Shown here in pieces: positions 46,653 through 56,089 of a stretch of 64,000 nucleotides of DNA. The position numbers and the translations under genes were made by a program. The notes beneath the pieces were generated by a model that saw nothing but the letters and a program-made list of their open reading frames with translations, was not told the origin of the DNA and did no database searches. This stretch comes from DHVE2 group archaeon (GTDB taxonomy: Archaea > Thermoplasmatota > Thermoplasmata > Thermoplasmatales > Aciduliprofundaceae). The number at the start of each line of letters is the position of its first letter. Within the stretch, counting starts at the first letter, position 1. The DNA lies in the NCBI GenBank assembly GCA_027023265.1, contig JALVVV010000055.1, positions 19,907-83,906 of the forward strand, given 5' to 3'.

Positions 46653-47603
46653 ATGGAGCTGGGGAATAAATACGTTAAGGATTTGAGGGATGGCGATTAT
46701 GCTCATTTGCAATTGGTAGTGCGGAGAAAATATGGAATTAGAGATTACAATAACAAGTTCGGTAAGTTTTTCGTTCTGGAGGCGGGGGACAAAACGGGTA
46801 ACTTGATTGTGAAGTACTGGGGTAGAGATGTGGAAAACACTGAAAAACTATACAATTCCATAAAAGAGGGCGATGTTATCGAGGTTGCCGGAACTTACAA
46901 GAAAGACAGAACACCTCAAATTTCCGTAGATGGCGAATACGACAAGTTTGTCAGGGTGACTAATTACGATGTGAGCAGGTTCATAAATTCAGCGGATAAT
47001 ATAGATGACGCGATGAATGAGGTTATGGAGTATGTTGAATCTGTGGAAGAGGAGCACCTCAAGAAGCTCCTTGAACTTTTTTTCAAATCAGATAGATTTG
47101 TTGAAGAGTTTAAGATTGCTCCAGGGTATCCTGCGGGGGCATACGCTTACATAGGTGGCCTGGTTGACCACACCTTAAACGTTACAAAAACTTGTGAGCG
47201 TCTTGCAGAGGTATATGGGCTTGATAGAGATTTTCTCGTAACTTCGGGTTTGCTCCACGATGTTGGAAAGGTGAAGAGCTACGAGGTGGATACGAGCATA
47301 AAGGTCAGGTCACGGGCAAAGCTTCTTGGACACACAGTGATGTCTTATCAGATGGTAGAGGAAAAGATAAGGGAAATAGTGGATTTTCCAGAGGATGTGC
47401 GGGATAACCTGCTTCATGCAATACTTTCCCATCATTCACCCATTGTGGACAATGTACCGCAGAGAATAAAAACACGGGAGGCATACATATTATTCTATGC
47501 GGATATGCTGGATTTGTCATTGGTGGAATTCGAACAGGAAGGTGATGAGGAATGGATGTACTCGCGGAGGCTGGGAAGGGAGATATACACGGGCTCGATG
47601 TAA
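46653..47603 (+). CDS. OB-fold plus HD-domain phosphohydrolase (YhaM-like)
   Basis: N-terminal OB-like region (FVLEAGDKTGNLIVKYWG). HD motifs GGLVDHTL and LLHDVGK. Confidence 0.7.
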   Translation: MELGNKYVKDLRDGDYAHLQLVVRRKYGIRDYNNKFGKFFVLEAGDKTGNLIVKYWGRDVENTEKLYNSIKEGDVIEVAGTYKKDRTPQISVDGEYDKFVRVTNYDVSRFINSADNIDDAMNEVMEYVESVEEEHLKKLLELFFKSDRFVEEFKIAPGYPAGAYAYIGGLVDHTLNVTKTCERLAEVYGLDRDFLVTSGLLHDVGKVKSYEVDTSIKVRSRAKLLGHTVMSYQMVEEKIREIVDFPEDVRDNLLHAILSHHSPIVDNVPQRIKTREAYILFYADMLDLSLVEFEQEGDEEWMYSRRLGREIYTGSM

Positions 47604-47812
47604 GCATAACTTTGGAATACGAAACCGAGGACATGGCTATGGGCGTCTTTGAAAGCATAAAAGTGGATAATTACGAATACGTAAAATGCAGTAGAGATGG
47701 AAAAATAATAAAGTGTCATGTGGTTGGGAAAAGCATAGGTTCCATTCTCCACACAATAGATGATTTTCTTGCTTGTGTAATCACCGCCGAAAATGTGTAT
47801 CTAAATATCTGA
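47552..47812 (+). CDS. Small protein, possibly KEOPS subunit Pcc1
   Basis: LDVSITLEYETEDMAMGVFESIKVDN...IIKCHVVGKSIGSILHTIDDFLACV fits the Pcc1/CTAG pattern by eye. Overlaps the upstream gene by 52 nt. Confidence 0.45.
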   Translation: MDVLAEAGKGDIHGLDVSITLEYETEDMAMGVFESIKVDNYEYVKCSRDGKIIKCHVVGKSIGSILHTIDDFLACVITAENVYLNI

Positions 47813-48539
47813 TTTTTTTGCGAATGTACCTGAAAGCAAGACCGCCATATATTATTGCGATTACCAGCGGTACAAGATAAACCAGTGTGCTATGGAATCC
47901 CGCAAGAAATATAGGTATGGATGCTATTATGTTGAAAGATGAGTGCATGGCCACCGCCACGCCGTATCCGTGGAGCATACTTCCTTTTCCTCTAATCTTC
48001 TTGGACGAGTACCCGTATCCTGTCATTGCAGTGGCGCTACCGTGCAATAATGCCGAAGCGATGGAGCGTATTAATGCTATGGTTGCCCAGGAAATAATGC
48101 CTCCCGATAGAAGGGCTGAGATTTCGTATAACAGGTTTTCCGTTGCAGCAAATCCAAATCCAGATGATGAGCCGTATATTATGCCGTCTTCCACCTCGTC
48201 GATGTATCCTTTGGAAGTGAGCACTCCGTATGCCTTGGCGCCTTCCTCTACAAAAGGTGCGATTATCCCCGCGAGCATTATTGCGTCAATGCTTTCCTTG
48301 TGCTTTGCTATGAATTCATATCCTCTGAATAGCTCAAATGTGTTTGTGTAGAAAAATGTTAGTAGAATTTCTACAACCAGAGAAATCAGGATTGCAAATG
48401 TGGCACCCCAGAGAAAAGAGCGCATAACCGCTCGCCATGGCTCTCTCTTGTACTTTTCCGTATTCCGAACCCATATCACATAGATGAGTGATGGTAGAAA
48501 TGCCACAGTTATGACAATTGCTAACAAAAGGAGTTTCAT
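47781..48539 (-). CDS. PrsW-family intramembrane metalloprotease
   Basis: APFVEEGAKAYG, ALLHGSATAMTGYG and AMHSSFN motifs within a polytopic membrane protein. Confidence 0.8.
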   Translation of the reverse strand: MKLLLLAIVITVAFLPSLIYVIWVRNTEKYKREPWRAVMRSFLWGATFAILISLVVEILLTFFYTNTFELFRGYEFIAKHKESIDAIMLAGIIAPFVEEGAKAYGVLTSKGYIDEVEDGIIYGSSSGFGFAATENLLYEISALLSGGIISWATIALIRSIASALLHGSATAMTGYGYSSKKIRGKGSMLHGYGVAVAMHSSFNIIASIPIFLAGFHSTLVYLVPLVIAIIYGGLAFRYIRKKIRYLDTHFRR

Positions 48540-48625
48540 GTGCGTAAATTACTTTTGATATATATAATCATCTCCTCAATTGATGAGGCAGGTAATTTTA
48601 TAGCTGTTGTTTACATGCCAAGACT

Positions 48626-49414
48626 ATGTTAATGTTGGCCGCGGTGGTGCCGCATGGGGATGAGATAGTGGAGCCAAAAACAGAAGAGATGAAAAAGCTG
48701 AACATAAAAATGAGAGAATTGGGAAAGAGATGTGAAGCTTGCGATTTGTACATTATAATTTCCCCCCACAATCTAAGGGTTGATACACATATGGCAGTGA
48801 TTCTTACGGAGTATTTAAGTGGAGTGTGGACGTGCGGAAACACGAAAATAGAGAAAGAACTCAGGTCTGACAGGGACTTGGCTAAAAAAATATATGGTAT
48901 TGCCATGGATAATTCTTTACCCGTGATTGGAGTGAATTTTGGTGCACTTGAAGGAAAATATTCTTGCATGCCGCTTGATTGGGGAACGTTGATACCCCTT
49001 CATTTTCTCCCGGATCGAAAAACGGTTCTGATAACTCCTGCAAGAAATGTGAAAAGGGAGGAACTGGTGAAATTTGGAGAATTGCTGGGTGATATTATTC
49101 AGAAAGACCGGAGAAAAATATGCTTGCTTGTGAGCGCGGACCAGGCCCATGCACATGCTTTGGATGGTCCATACGGATTTAGCGATGCTGCAGAGAAATA
49201 CGATGAAGTGATTGTGGATATTCTAAGAACTTCAGATTTTGAAAAGCTGCTTGACATCCCAGATGAATTGGTGGAGAATGCTTTGCCAGATAGCTACTGG
49301 CAACTGCTCATTCTCTTAGGGGTTACTAAAAAGGTGAGGGTGAAGTCGGAATTTGTGGAGTACGGGGTGGCCCACTACTTTGGAATGGCAGTATCTATTT
49401 TATCGCCGGTATGA
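48626..49414 (+). CDS. Class III extradiol dioxygenase-like (LigB-family) protein
   Basis: N-terminal AAVVPHGDEIV and later LLVSADQAHAH. Family assignment is by eye only. Confidence 0.6.
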   Translation: MLMLAAVVPHGDEIVEPKTEEMKKLNIKMRELGKRCEACDLYIIISPHNLRVDTHMAVILTEYLSGVWTCGNTKIEKELRSDRDLAKKIYGIAMDNSLPVIGVNFGALEGKYSCMPLDWGTLIPLHFLPDRKTVLITPARNVKREELVKFGELLGDIIQKDRRKICLLVSADQAHAHALDGPYGFSDAAEKYDEVIVDILRTSDFEKLLDIPDELVENALPDSYWQLLILLGVTKKVRVKSEFVEYGVAHYFGMAVSILSPV

Positions 49415-49634
49415 GCTATCAATGCAGGGTAATCATAGCAAATCAAAATTTTGTGTGTTGTCATTTTTTATTCTATTATGGCGTTTTGATGTTTGTACAT
49501 ATTGCTTTTGTTATTTATGAAAAATTGGATTTGTTAAGGGGATAATTTTTATTTTTAAATAGCTTCAAAATCTATGGTGACTCCAGGTGAGTTGCAACTC
49601 TGCAGAAAAATAAAATGGAGTAGATTAATAAAGT

Positions 49635-49765
49635 ATGAGCACGGAATTAGATATATACAAAATTGTAAAGATAGGGCTCAAAGCAATGAAGAGAGCTAAA
49701 ATTCCACTTTACTGGAGCAAATATTCAAGAAAAGATTACACGATACATCAGTATCTCATGCTAAC
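49635..49765 (+). pseudogene. Remnant resembling the N-terminus of an IS4/IS5-type DDE transposase
   Basis: KIPLYWSKYSRKDYTIHQYLMLT resembles the YS.H.(F/Y)T..Q.L.L segment of IS5-family transposases. The frame collapses after about 45 aa, and no DDE domain follows. Confidence 0.35.
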
Positions 49766-50029
49766 GTGCTGGTGCAGTATGTTGGATGCACAAGCAGTTA
49801 TGCATGGGTGTCATCAAAGACTTTGCTGAGAATAAACTGTGACCTGAGTGGATGGGCTGGAAATGTGATTTTGATAAGATTTAGAGTTGTTACCAACGCA
49901 ACTTCCACGGAGACATGGGACCCAAGCCATCCTAACGATCCTCATGGCATATACTTGGATGATGTATATGTATCTGGTGAAAGCTATGCTAAAAGAATTG
50001 AAGAGCACTACCTATGGATGACAACTTAG
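49766..50029 (+). pseudogene. C-terminal fragment of a secreted or surface protein (gene remnant)
   Basis: LSGWAGNVILIRFRVVTNATS...GIYLDDVYVSG resembles the terminal beta-sandwich of secreted protease or surface proteins. No plausible N-terminus or signal peptide. AT-rich non-coding DNA on both sides. Confidence 0.35.
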
Positions 50030-50065
50030 GTAAATATTTATTTTTCTTTAATCTTTTACGGACTT

Positions 50066-51223
50066 ATGATGCTGTATTATCTTGAGCCATATTTGAAAGA
50101 GGTAGAAACAAGAGTAATTGGAAGTGAAGAAAATAAAATTTTACTTGAGAGAACCGTACTTTACCCGGGTGGGGGTGGGCAACCACCAGATAGAGGATGG
50201 ATTTTATGCGATGGGGAAAAAATTTCAGCGCAGCATCTTGGAAATGGCTGGCATTATATTGACGGGAAATGTGCCGAAAAAAATGTTAGAGTTGTGCTTG
50301 ACTGGGAGTTTAGATACAAGATGATGAAAATGCACACTGCAGAGCATGCTTTTTTCAGGTTTCTTCAAAATAAAGGAGCGGTGCTTGGCAAGGCAAATTT
50401 TGGGGAATACGGTGTAATAGTGTTCAAGGGGAATATTACCAGAAACGATGTGTTAGATGCTGAAAAAAGAGTTATTGATATGATTGGACAGGGTAGAGAA
50501 GTCAGGTCTTTCTGGATCGACAGGTCTCAAATGAAAGAGATGGAAAATCTGAGAATACGCGTTGACCGAATAAAAGATGAGAGAATAAGGGTGGTAGAGA
50601 TTGTTGGCCACGATGTAACAGCATGCAAGGGCATTCATGTGAAAAACATGAGTGAGATTGAAGATTTTGCGGTGGTTAAATTTAGAGATGGTAAAAATAA
50701 AGAAGTTAAGTTCGTTGTGGGAGATAGAGCAAGAGAGAGTCACTATTTATTTTCGTTACATATCAGGAGGATGGCTTGGAAGTATGGAATAGAGTTAGAT
50801 AAAATGGAGAGCCATTTGGAGAATCTCATAACTGAAATTGAAAAATTGAAATATTCGCTTAAAGAAGCGAGTCAAAGCATACCATTTGAAACATTTGAAT
50901 GCTCTGAGTTGAAAATGAAATATCTGCTCATGCACGGCGGGTTCAGAAAGATTATAGTGAAGAGATTGCTTGAAGAAGTGAATAATGGAGTGGATGTTGC
51001 AATATACGGTGATTTGCAGAGCAACTCTTTTTCTTGTGCCTGCAACGATACCCTTGTTAAAAGTATGGTTATTCAAGAAATGAAAAATCATAGTGGAAAG
51101 GGTGGAGGAAGGGATAATTTTGTGAGTGGTACTGTGAATGACGTTAAATCTTTTGTAAATTCCCTGCAAAAAGTTATATGCTCATCGGATATACTCTTGC
51201 ACGGTGATGAAAATGGAAATTGA
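50066..51223 (+). CDS. alaX: AlaX-type alanyl-tRNA editing protein (long form with a C-Ala/DHHA1-like tail)
   Basis: Zinc motifs HTAEHAFF (HxxxH) and ACKGIHV (CxxxH). C-terminal GKGGGRDNFVSG. Confidence 0.85.
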   Translation: MMLYYLEPYLKEVETRVIGSEENKILLERTVLYPGGGGQPPDRGWILCDGEKISAQHLGNGWHYIDGKCAEKNVRVVLDWEFRYKMMKMHTAEHAFFRFLQNKGAVLGKANFGEYGVIVFKGNITRNDVLDAEKRVIDMIGQGREVRSFWIDRSQMKEMENLRIRVDRIKDERIRVVEIVGHDVTACKGIHVKNMSEIEDFAVVKFRDGKNKEVKFVVGDRARESHYLFSLHIRRMAWKYGIELDKMESHLENLITEIEKLKYSLKEASQSIPFETFECSELKMKYLLMHGGFRKIIVKRLLEEVNNGVDVAIYGDLQSNSFSCACNDTLVKSMVIQEMKNHSGKGGGRDNFVSGTVNDVKSFVNSLQKVICSSDILLHGDENGN

Positions 51224-52223
51224 GAAGCTCCTTGAAGAGATGGTTATGGTGCCAGGAGTTAGCGGTTTTGAAGAACCCTTCAGGAAGTACCTGCTTGAAA
51301 AGCTTGCGGGTTATAATCCGTATGTGGATAGTATGGGGAATGTCATAGTAAAAATTGGGGGTGGAGATAAAAAAGTTGCATTAGTGGCTCATATGGACGA
51401 GATTGGACTGGTGACGACCCACGTGGAGAAAGATGGATACATTAGATTTGCTTATCTTGGAGGTATAGATGATCGCATGATGTACGGAAGAGTAGTGGAG
51501 ATATTTACTGACAGTGGGATAGTGTACGGTGTGGTTGGGCTTATTCCCCCTCATTTGAGTACGAGTACTGATAAGAACAAAATGCCAACTTGGAAAGAAC
51601 TGGCAATTGATATAGGTGCAAAATCGAGGGATGAAGCAATAAGTATGGGCGTCAGGGAGATGCTTCCAGCTCGCTGGAAGAAGGATTTTTTAGTGATGGG
51701 TAAATACGTAGTAACTCGTGGGTTAGATGATAGAGCAGGTTGTGCTGTTCTTTATTATCTTCTGGAAAATCTTAAAGAGGAAAAACTGGATAAAGAAGTT
51801 TACTTTATATGGACGGTGCAAGAGGAAACTGGACTACGAGGTGCCAGCGGGCTTGCAAGCGACATGAAATTTGATGAGGTATATATAGTGGATTCTATGA
51901 CCTCCGGGCTTATGCCAGGCGTGGCGTTTCATTTAAGCACTGCTAAAATTGGTGAAGGCCCTGCTATAAGGGTGGTGGACAGAAAAGGAGTCGCGCCACA
52001 GTTATTGAGGGCGAAGGTTAAGAGAATTGCAAGGGAGAACGGTATACCTGTGCAGGAGGCAATAACTGGTGGAACAACTGATGCTGCAACGATATACGAA
52101 CACGGTATGCTGGCTTTGCCCATTTGTATACCTATAAAATACACACACAGCCCGGTGGAAATGATGCATTTGGCGGATATTAAAAATACAATAGATTTGC
52201 TGGAAAAAATAGTAAAGTCATGA
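51213..52223 (+). CDS. M42-family (TET/FrvX-like) aminopeptidase
   Basis: VPGVSGFE, VAHMDEIG, LDDRAG and QEETGLRGA motifs. SD GGTGAT 4 nt before the ATG at 51213. Confidence 0.88.
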   Translation: MEIEKLLEEMVMVPGVSGFEEPFRKYLLEKLAGYNPYVDSMGNVIVKIGGGDKKVALVAHMDEIGLVTTHVEKDGYIRFAYLGGIDDRMMYGRVVEIFTDSGIVYGVVGLIPPHLSTSTDKNKMPTWKELAIDIGAKSRDEAISMGVREMLPARWKKDFLVMGKYVVTRGLDDRAGCAVLYYLLENLKEEKLDKEVYFIWTVQEETGLRGASGLASDMKFDEVYIVDSMTSGLMPGVAFHLSTAKIGEGPAIRVVDRKGVAPQLLRAKVKRIARENGIPVQEAITGGTTDAATIYEHGMLALPICIPIKYTHSPVEMMHLADIKNTIDLLEKIVKS

Positions 52224-53432
52224 AATTTCTTCTTTTATCACCTCAGCCAGCCTTTTTATTCCCTCTTTTATTTGTTCCTCGGTGGAGTAAGTGAAGTTCA
52301 GCCGCATTGTGTTCTTGTGGTCTCTATTTGGGAAGAACGCCGAGCCAATAACGTACGCGACTTTGTGTGCTATAGCCTTTTTGAACATCATCTCTGCGTC
52401 TATTTTTGGAGGCAGGGTTACCCACAGGAACATTCCCCCATCTGGATGTGTCCATCTTACATTCTCAGGGAATTCGTCTTCCATCATATCCAGCATCAAA
52501 TCCCTGTGACCTTTGTATAGCCTGATTATGTTTGGTAGGTGTTCAATCAAGTATCCTCCTTTTATGTAGTCTCTTGCGATGTACTGGCCAAGAGTATTGG
52601 TGCACAGGTCAATGCCCTGCTTTGCAAGTACTGCTTTGTGAATGATTTCCTCGTTAGCGATCATATGTGCCAATCTCAATCCAGGGGCAAGAATCTTTGA
52701 AAAAGTCCCTAAATATATCACCTGCCCGTTTTTGTCCATGGATTTTAGAATGGGTAGCGATTCACCGGAGTACCTGAGCTCCCCATACGGGTCATCTTCT
52801 ATAACTAACAAGTTAAACTCTTCTGCAAGTTCCAACAAGTGCTTTCTTCTATCCAAGCTCATTGTCACTCCCGCAGGGTTTTGGAATGTTGGTATTGTGT
52901 ATAACAACTTTGGCTTGATTCCATCTTTTTTAAGTTCTTTTAATTTTTCCTCTAACAGGTGAGTGTCCATTCCGTTATCGTCCATTTCTATGGCAATGTA
53001 CTTTGGAGAATATGATTGAAACGCAGTTAGAACGCCTATGTAGGTAGGGGCCTCCACGATTACATGGTCCCCAGGGTTTATGAATATCTTCGCAAGAAGG
53101 TATAGAGCCTGTTGGGAGCCTGCAGTTATCAAAATATTTTCTCTTTTAGTTTTTATATTATACCTCTCATTAACAAACTCAGAAAGGGTATCTCTAAAAC
53201 TGTTAACTCCTTCTGTGGAGCCGTACTGAAGAACAGATGCCCCTTCTTTTTTAAGAAGGTTCTCTACTATCGAGTTTATTTTTTCCACGGGGAAGGATTT
53301 TGGATTTGGCAATCCTCCTGCAAAAGATATAATATCTGGCTGCTGGGTAAACTTCAGTAGCTCTCTAATCTCGGAGGCTTTCAGGTTTTTTGCTATTTCG
53401 GAAAACTCTTCTTCATAGTTCAAAGATATCAC
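52218..53432 (-). CDS. Class I/II PLP-dependent aminotransferase (2-aminoadipate/aromatic aminotransferase-like)
   Basis: ISFAGGLPNP, and the GTFSKILAPGLRLA lysine motif. Confidence 0.85.
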   Translation of the reverse strand: MISLNYEEEFSEIAKNLKASEIRELLKFTQQPDIISFAGGLPNPKSFPVEKINSIVENLLKKEGASVLQYGSTEGVNSFRDTLSEFVNERYNIKTKRENILITAGSQQALYLLAKIFINPGDHVIVEAPTYIGVLTAFQSYSPKYIAIEMDDNGMDTHLLEEKLKELKKDGIKPKLLYTIPTFQNPAGVTMSLDRRKHLLELAEEFNLLVIEDDPYGELRYSGESLPILKSMDKNGQVIYLGTFSKILAPGLRLAHMIANEEIIHKAVLAKQGIDLCTNTLGQYIARDYIKGGYLIEHLPNIIRLYKGHRDLMLDMMEDEFPENVRWTHPDGGMFLWVTLPPKIDAEMMFKKAIAHKVAYVIGSAFFPNRDHKNTMRLNFTYSTEEQIKEGIKRLAEVIKEEIS

Positions 53433-53470
53433 CGGAGAGGAGAATGTTAAATTAGGATATTAATGTTACC

Positions 53471-54244
53471 TTACTCTTCCTCTCCTCCGTACTTCTTCAT
53501 GCGCTCTCTTTCCCTCTCCAATTTTTTCTCCCTTCTTCTCTTTTCTTCCTCAATCTTCTCCAGTTCCTCAGGGGGGAGTTCTACCTCTCTCTTTTCAGCG
53601 ACTTTTATAAACTCGGGGGGTATTTCGTTTGATATGAATACTTTGGGGGAGGATACATATATTGGATTTCCATTTTCTATTGCCCCTTTCGCGTCTATCT
53701 CCAGTATAACAGGATCTTCAACTCTGTGTCTCCCTGCAATGTATGCATCTTCGTAGGTCTTGCTTAAATGTACCCATTTTCTATCTCCGGGCTTTAGACC
53801 CATTTCTTGGATAAACTCCAGTTCTTCCTGAGTGGTAGGGTAGTATAGAATATCAGGTACTCCCTCAGTTGGGAGGTCACTCAGATCTACTTTTATAGAA
53901 TGTCCGTATGTTGCCCTTATTCTCTTATTCTCCATATCCAACTGGTATCTTCCCTTATCGTCAGTGAGAACGATGGCCTCTATGTGCTTTATTTTTAGCC
54001 ATCTAAAGCGCCTGTGTCTGCGCTTTATTCCTTTTACAATGTCATATAAATTTGCCCATCCATGCTCATCTAAACGCACTCCAAACTTTTCAGGAAAGTG
54101 CCTTAATATCCCAGTGAGCATTCTGCTCAGAGCAACTAATTCCCAATCGTTTAGCATGAATGTGCCCTCTTCCCCGCATATTGGGCAAGTATCCCCCCGA
54201 AACGGACCATGCTTTTCACACCATCTTACCTGCACCATATTCAT
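53471..54244 (-). CDS. kptA: RNA 2'-phosphotransferase (Tpt1/KptA) with an N-terminal zinc ribbon and a K/E-rich tail
   Basis: LSRMLTGILRHFPEKFGVRLDEHGWA, RYQL...IRATYGHS and WVHLS motifs. N-terminal CEKHG...CPICG. ATG at 54244 has tttatatt about 26 nt upstream. Confidence 0.85.
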   Translation of the reverse strand: MNMVQVRWCEKHGPFRGDTCPICGEEGTFMLNDWELVALSRMLTGILRHFPEKFGVRLDEHGWANLYDIVKGIKRRHRRFRWLKIKHIEAIVLTDDKGRYQLDMENKRIRATYGHSIKVDLSDLPTEGVPDILYYPTTQEELEFIQEMGLKPGDRKWVHLSKTYEDAYIAGRHRVEDPVILEIDAKGAIENGNPIYVSSPKVFISNEIPPEFIKVAEKREVELPPEELEKIEEEKRRREKKLERERERMKKYGGEEE

Positions 54245-54317
54245 CACGGTGAGGAATGACATTCTCAATATAAAGATTACCCATACTCTTAAATACGTAC
54301 TGTAGTATTCCGCACAC

Positions 54318-54617
54318 ATGCTCACGGAAGATGATGTAAAAAGGGTCCTCAAAACGGCTGTTGATCCAGAATTTGGAGTTAGCGTTGTTGATTTGGGATT
54401 GATATACGACCTGAAAATTTATGACAATAATAAAGTGTACATCAAAATGACCCTTACCACGCCCACTTGTCCGTTGGCAAATGTAATAGTAGCCGATGTG
54501 TACCAGAAGGTAAAAGAGATTCCAGAAGTGGAAGATGTTGATATAGAATTAACATTTGACCCACTATGGAGTCCGGATATGATGACTCCCGAAGCCAGAA
54601 AACTTCTGGGATTATAA
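54318..54617 (+). CDS. DUF59/MIP18-family Fe-S assembly protein (SufT-like)
   Basis: VDPEFGVSVVDLGLIYD and TLTTPTCPL motifs. Confidence 0.85.
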   Translation: MLTEDDVKRVLKTAVDPEFGVSVVDLGLIYDLKIYDNNKVYIKMTLTTPTCPLANVIVADVYQKVKEIPEVEDVDIELTFDPLWSPDMMTPEARKLLGL

Positions 54618-55271
54618 TCATTTATTTGCAAGGGCAAACGTGGATACTATTCCGAAAATCATGAGCGATGTTTCCACTATGGGAAATATACGACCGATAA
54701 ATATTATAGTCACTGCATTGATGAATCCTCCAATTACAACTATTGAGAGTGCAATTATGAATATAGCAATTTTTGCGCGGGTTGTACCACTATTTAATTT
54801 TCTGTAGATGTATATAAATATCCCAAGTGCAGCTGTAACGTAAGATAGTGCGTAAATAGAGTATATTAAGTGATATGTCTCGTGATAAACTCCTGTCCAG
54901 CCGTAGGGGCCCATGGAAACATCTATAATCATTACGGTAAATACTATGTATATTATGAAAATCACAGGTATGAAGGACAAAATAATGAACCGTTTATTGA
55001 AACCTTCCCGGAAATAATCTGCAAAAATCAGGAGAAAATATGCACCTATTGCAAGGGAACTTAGATCATATTTTAGCAGGTGATACGCACGATATGCGCT
55101 TCCGGTGAATTCAAAAAACGCCATGGTTTCTGAAAATCCGAGAGAGACAAGAGCGCCTATAAATAGAAAGTGTGATACATTTTTATTTTTACGAGTAGCT
55201 ATGTACGTTGCGAGTATGTAATATATTATCGCACCTCCTATGCTGAAAGCTGCCCCGAAATCACTGTTCAT
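54618..55271 (-). CDS. Polytopic membrane protein (about 7 TM), unknown function
   Basis: Consistently hydrophobic 217-aa ORF with no catalytic motif. Confidence 0.6.
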   Translation of the reverse strand: MNSDFGAAFSIGGAIIYYILATYIATRKNKNVSHFLFIGALVSLGFSETMAFFEFTGSAYRAYHLLKYDLSSLAIGAYFLLIFADYFREGFNKRFIILSFIPVIFIIYIVFTVMIIDVSMGPYGWTGVYHETYHLIYSIYALSYVTAALGIFIYIYRKLNSGTTRAKIAIFIIALSIVVIGGFINAVTIIFIGRIFPIVETSLMIFGIVSTFALANK

Positions 55272-55309
55272 TTTACCCCCTGCGCGTACATGATAATAAG
55301 GATAAAAGT

Positions 55310-56089
55310 TTATCTACTTTTCGCTTCATTTATTTGCTTGAATAACGACCTGAAAATGTAGTACCCGTCACCGATATTCCTTGGATTTCTTGTCCAGTCT
55401 GGATGCTGAAATGGGAAATACGCGCGCTCTGGATGTGGCATTATTCCAAATACATTCCCGTATGAATTTACAATGGCTGCTATGTTGTTGATGCTACCGT
55501 TTGGGTTCCACGGGTACTCTGGTTCTGTCCCATCTGGAGAAATGTATCGGAATACCACCTGGCCGTTATCTTCTATTTTTTTAATAATATTCTGCGTTGC
55601 AAAAAACTTACCTTCTGCGTGGGCCACAGGAAGCATTATTTTATTGGGGACATCTCTTGAAAACATGGTATCGTTAATCTTCTCTAAGTGTACCCATCTG
55701 CACTCAAATCGGTTACTGTTGTTGGTCATGAGCGCTGCTTGGGGGACTTCACTTATTCCTTCAGTTCCTGGCAAAAGTCCCAGTTCAATAAGTACCTGAA
55801 ATCCGTTGCACACACCCATCACGGGCTTTCCAGATTCTACAAAATCAACTATGTCTTTCCATACCTTTGCCTTTAGCCTTGCGGCGAATACTGCGCCTGC
55901 TCTTATATAATCTCCTGATGAAAAACCCCCGGGTATGAAAATCATATCGTAGGATTCAAGCATACCCTCGGTTAGATTGTTTATGTGTAAATACTCTGGA
56001 TTTGCTCCTGTTTCTTTGAATGCAATGTATGATTCTTCCTCGCAGTTTGTGCCCTCCATTTGCAGTATTGCAACTCGCACCTGTATCAC
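55310..56089 (-). CDS. purQ: Phosphoribosylformylglycinamidine synthase, glutaminase subunit
   Basis: GVCNGFQ nucleophile elbow and MPHPER. Confidence 0.93.
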   Translation of the reverse strand: MIQVRVAILQMEGTNCEEESYIAFKETGANPEYLHINNLTEGMLESYDMIFIPGGFSSGDYIRAGAVFAARLKAKVWKDIVDFVESGKPVMGVCNGFQVLIELGLLPGTEGISEVPQAALMTNNSNRFECRWVHLEKINDTMFSRDVPNKIMLPVAHAEGKFFATQNIIKKIEDNGQVVFRYISPDGTEPEYPWNPNGSINNIAAIVNSYGNVFGIMPHPERAYFPFQHPDWTRNPRNIGDGYYIFRSLFKQINEAKSR

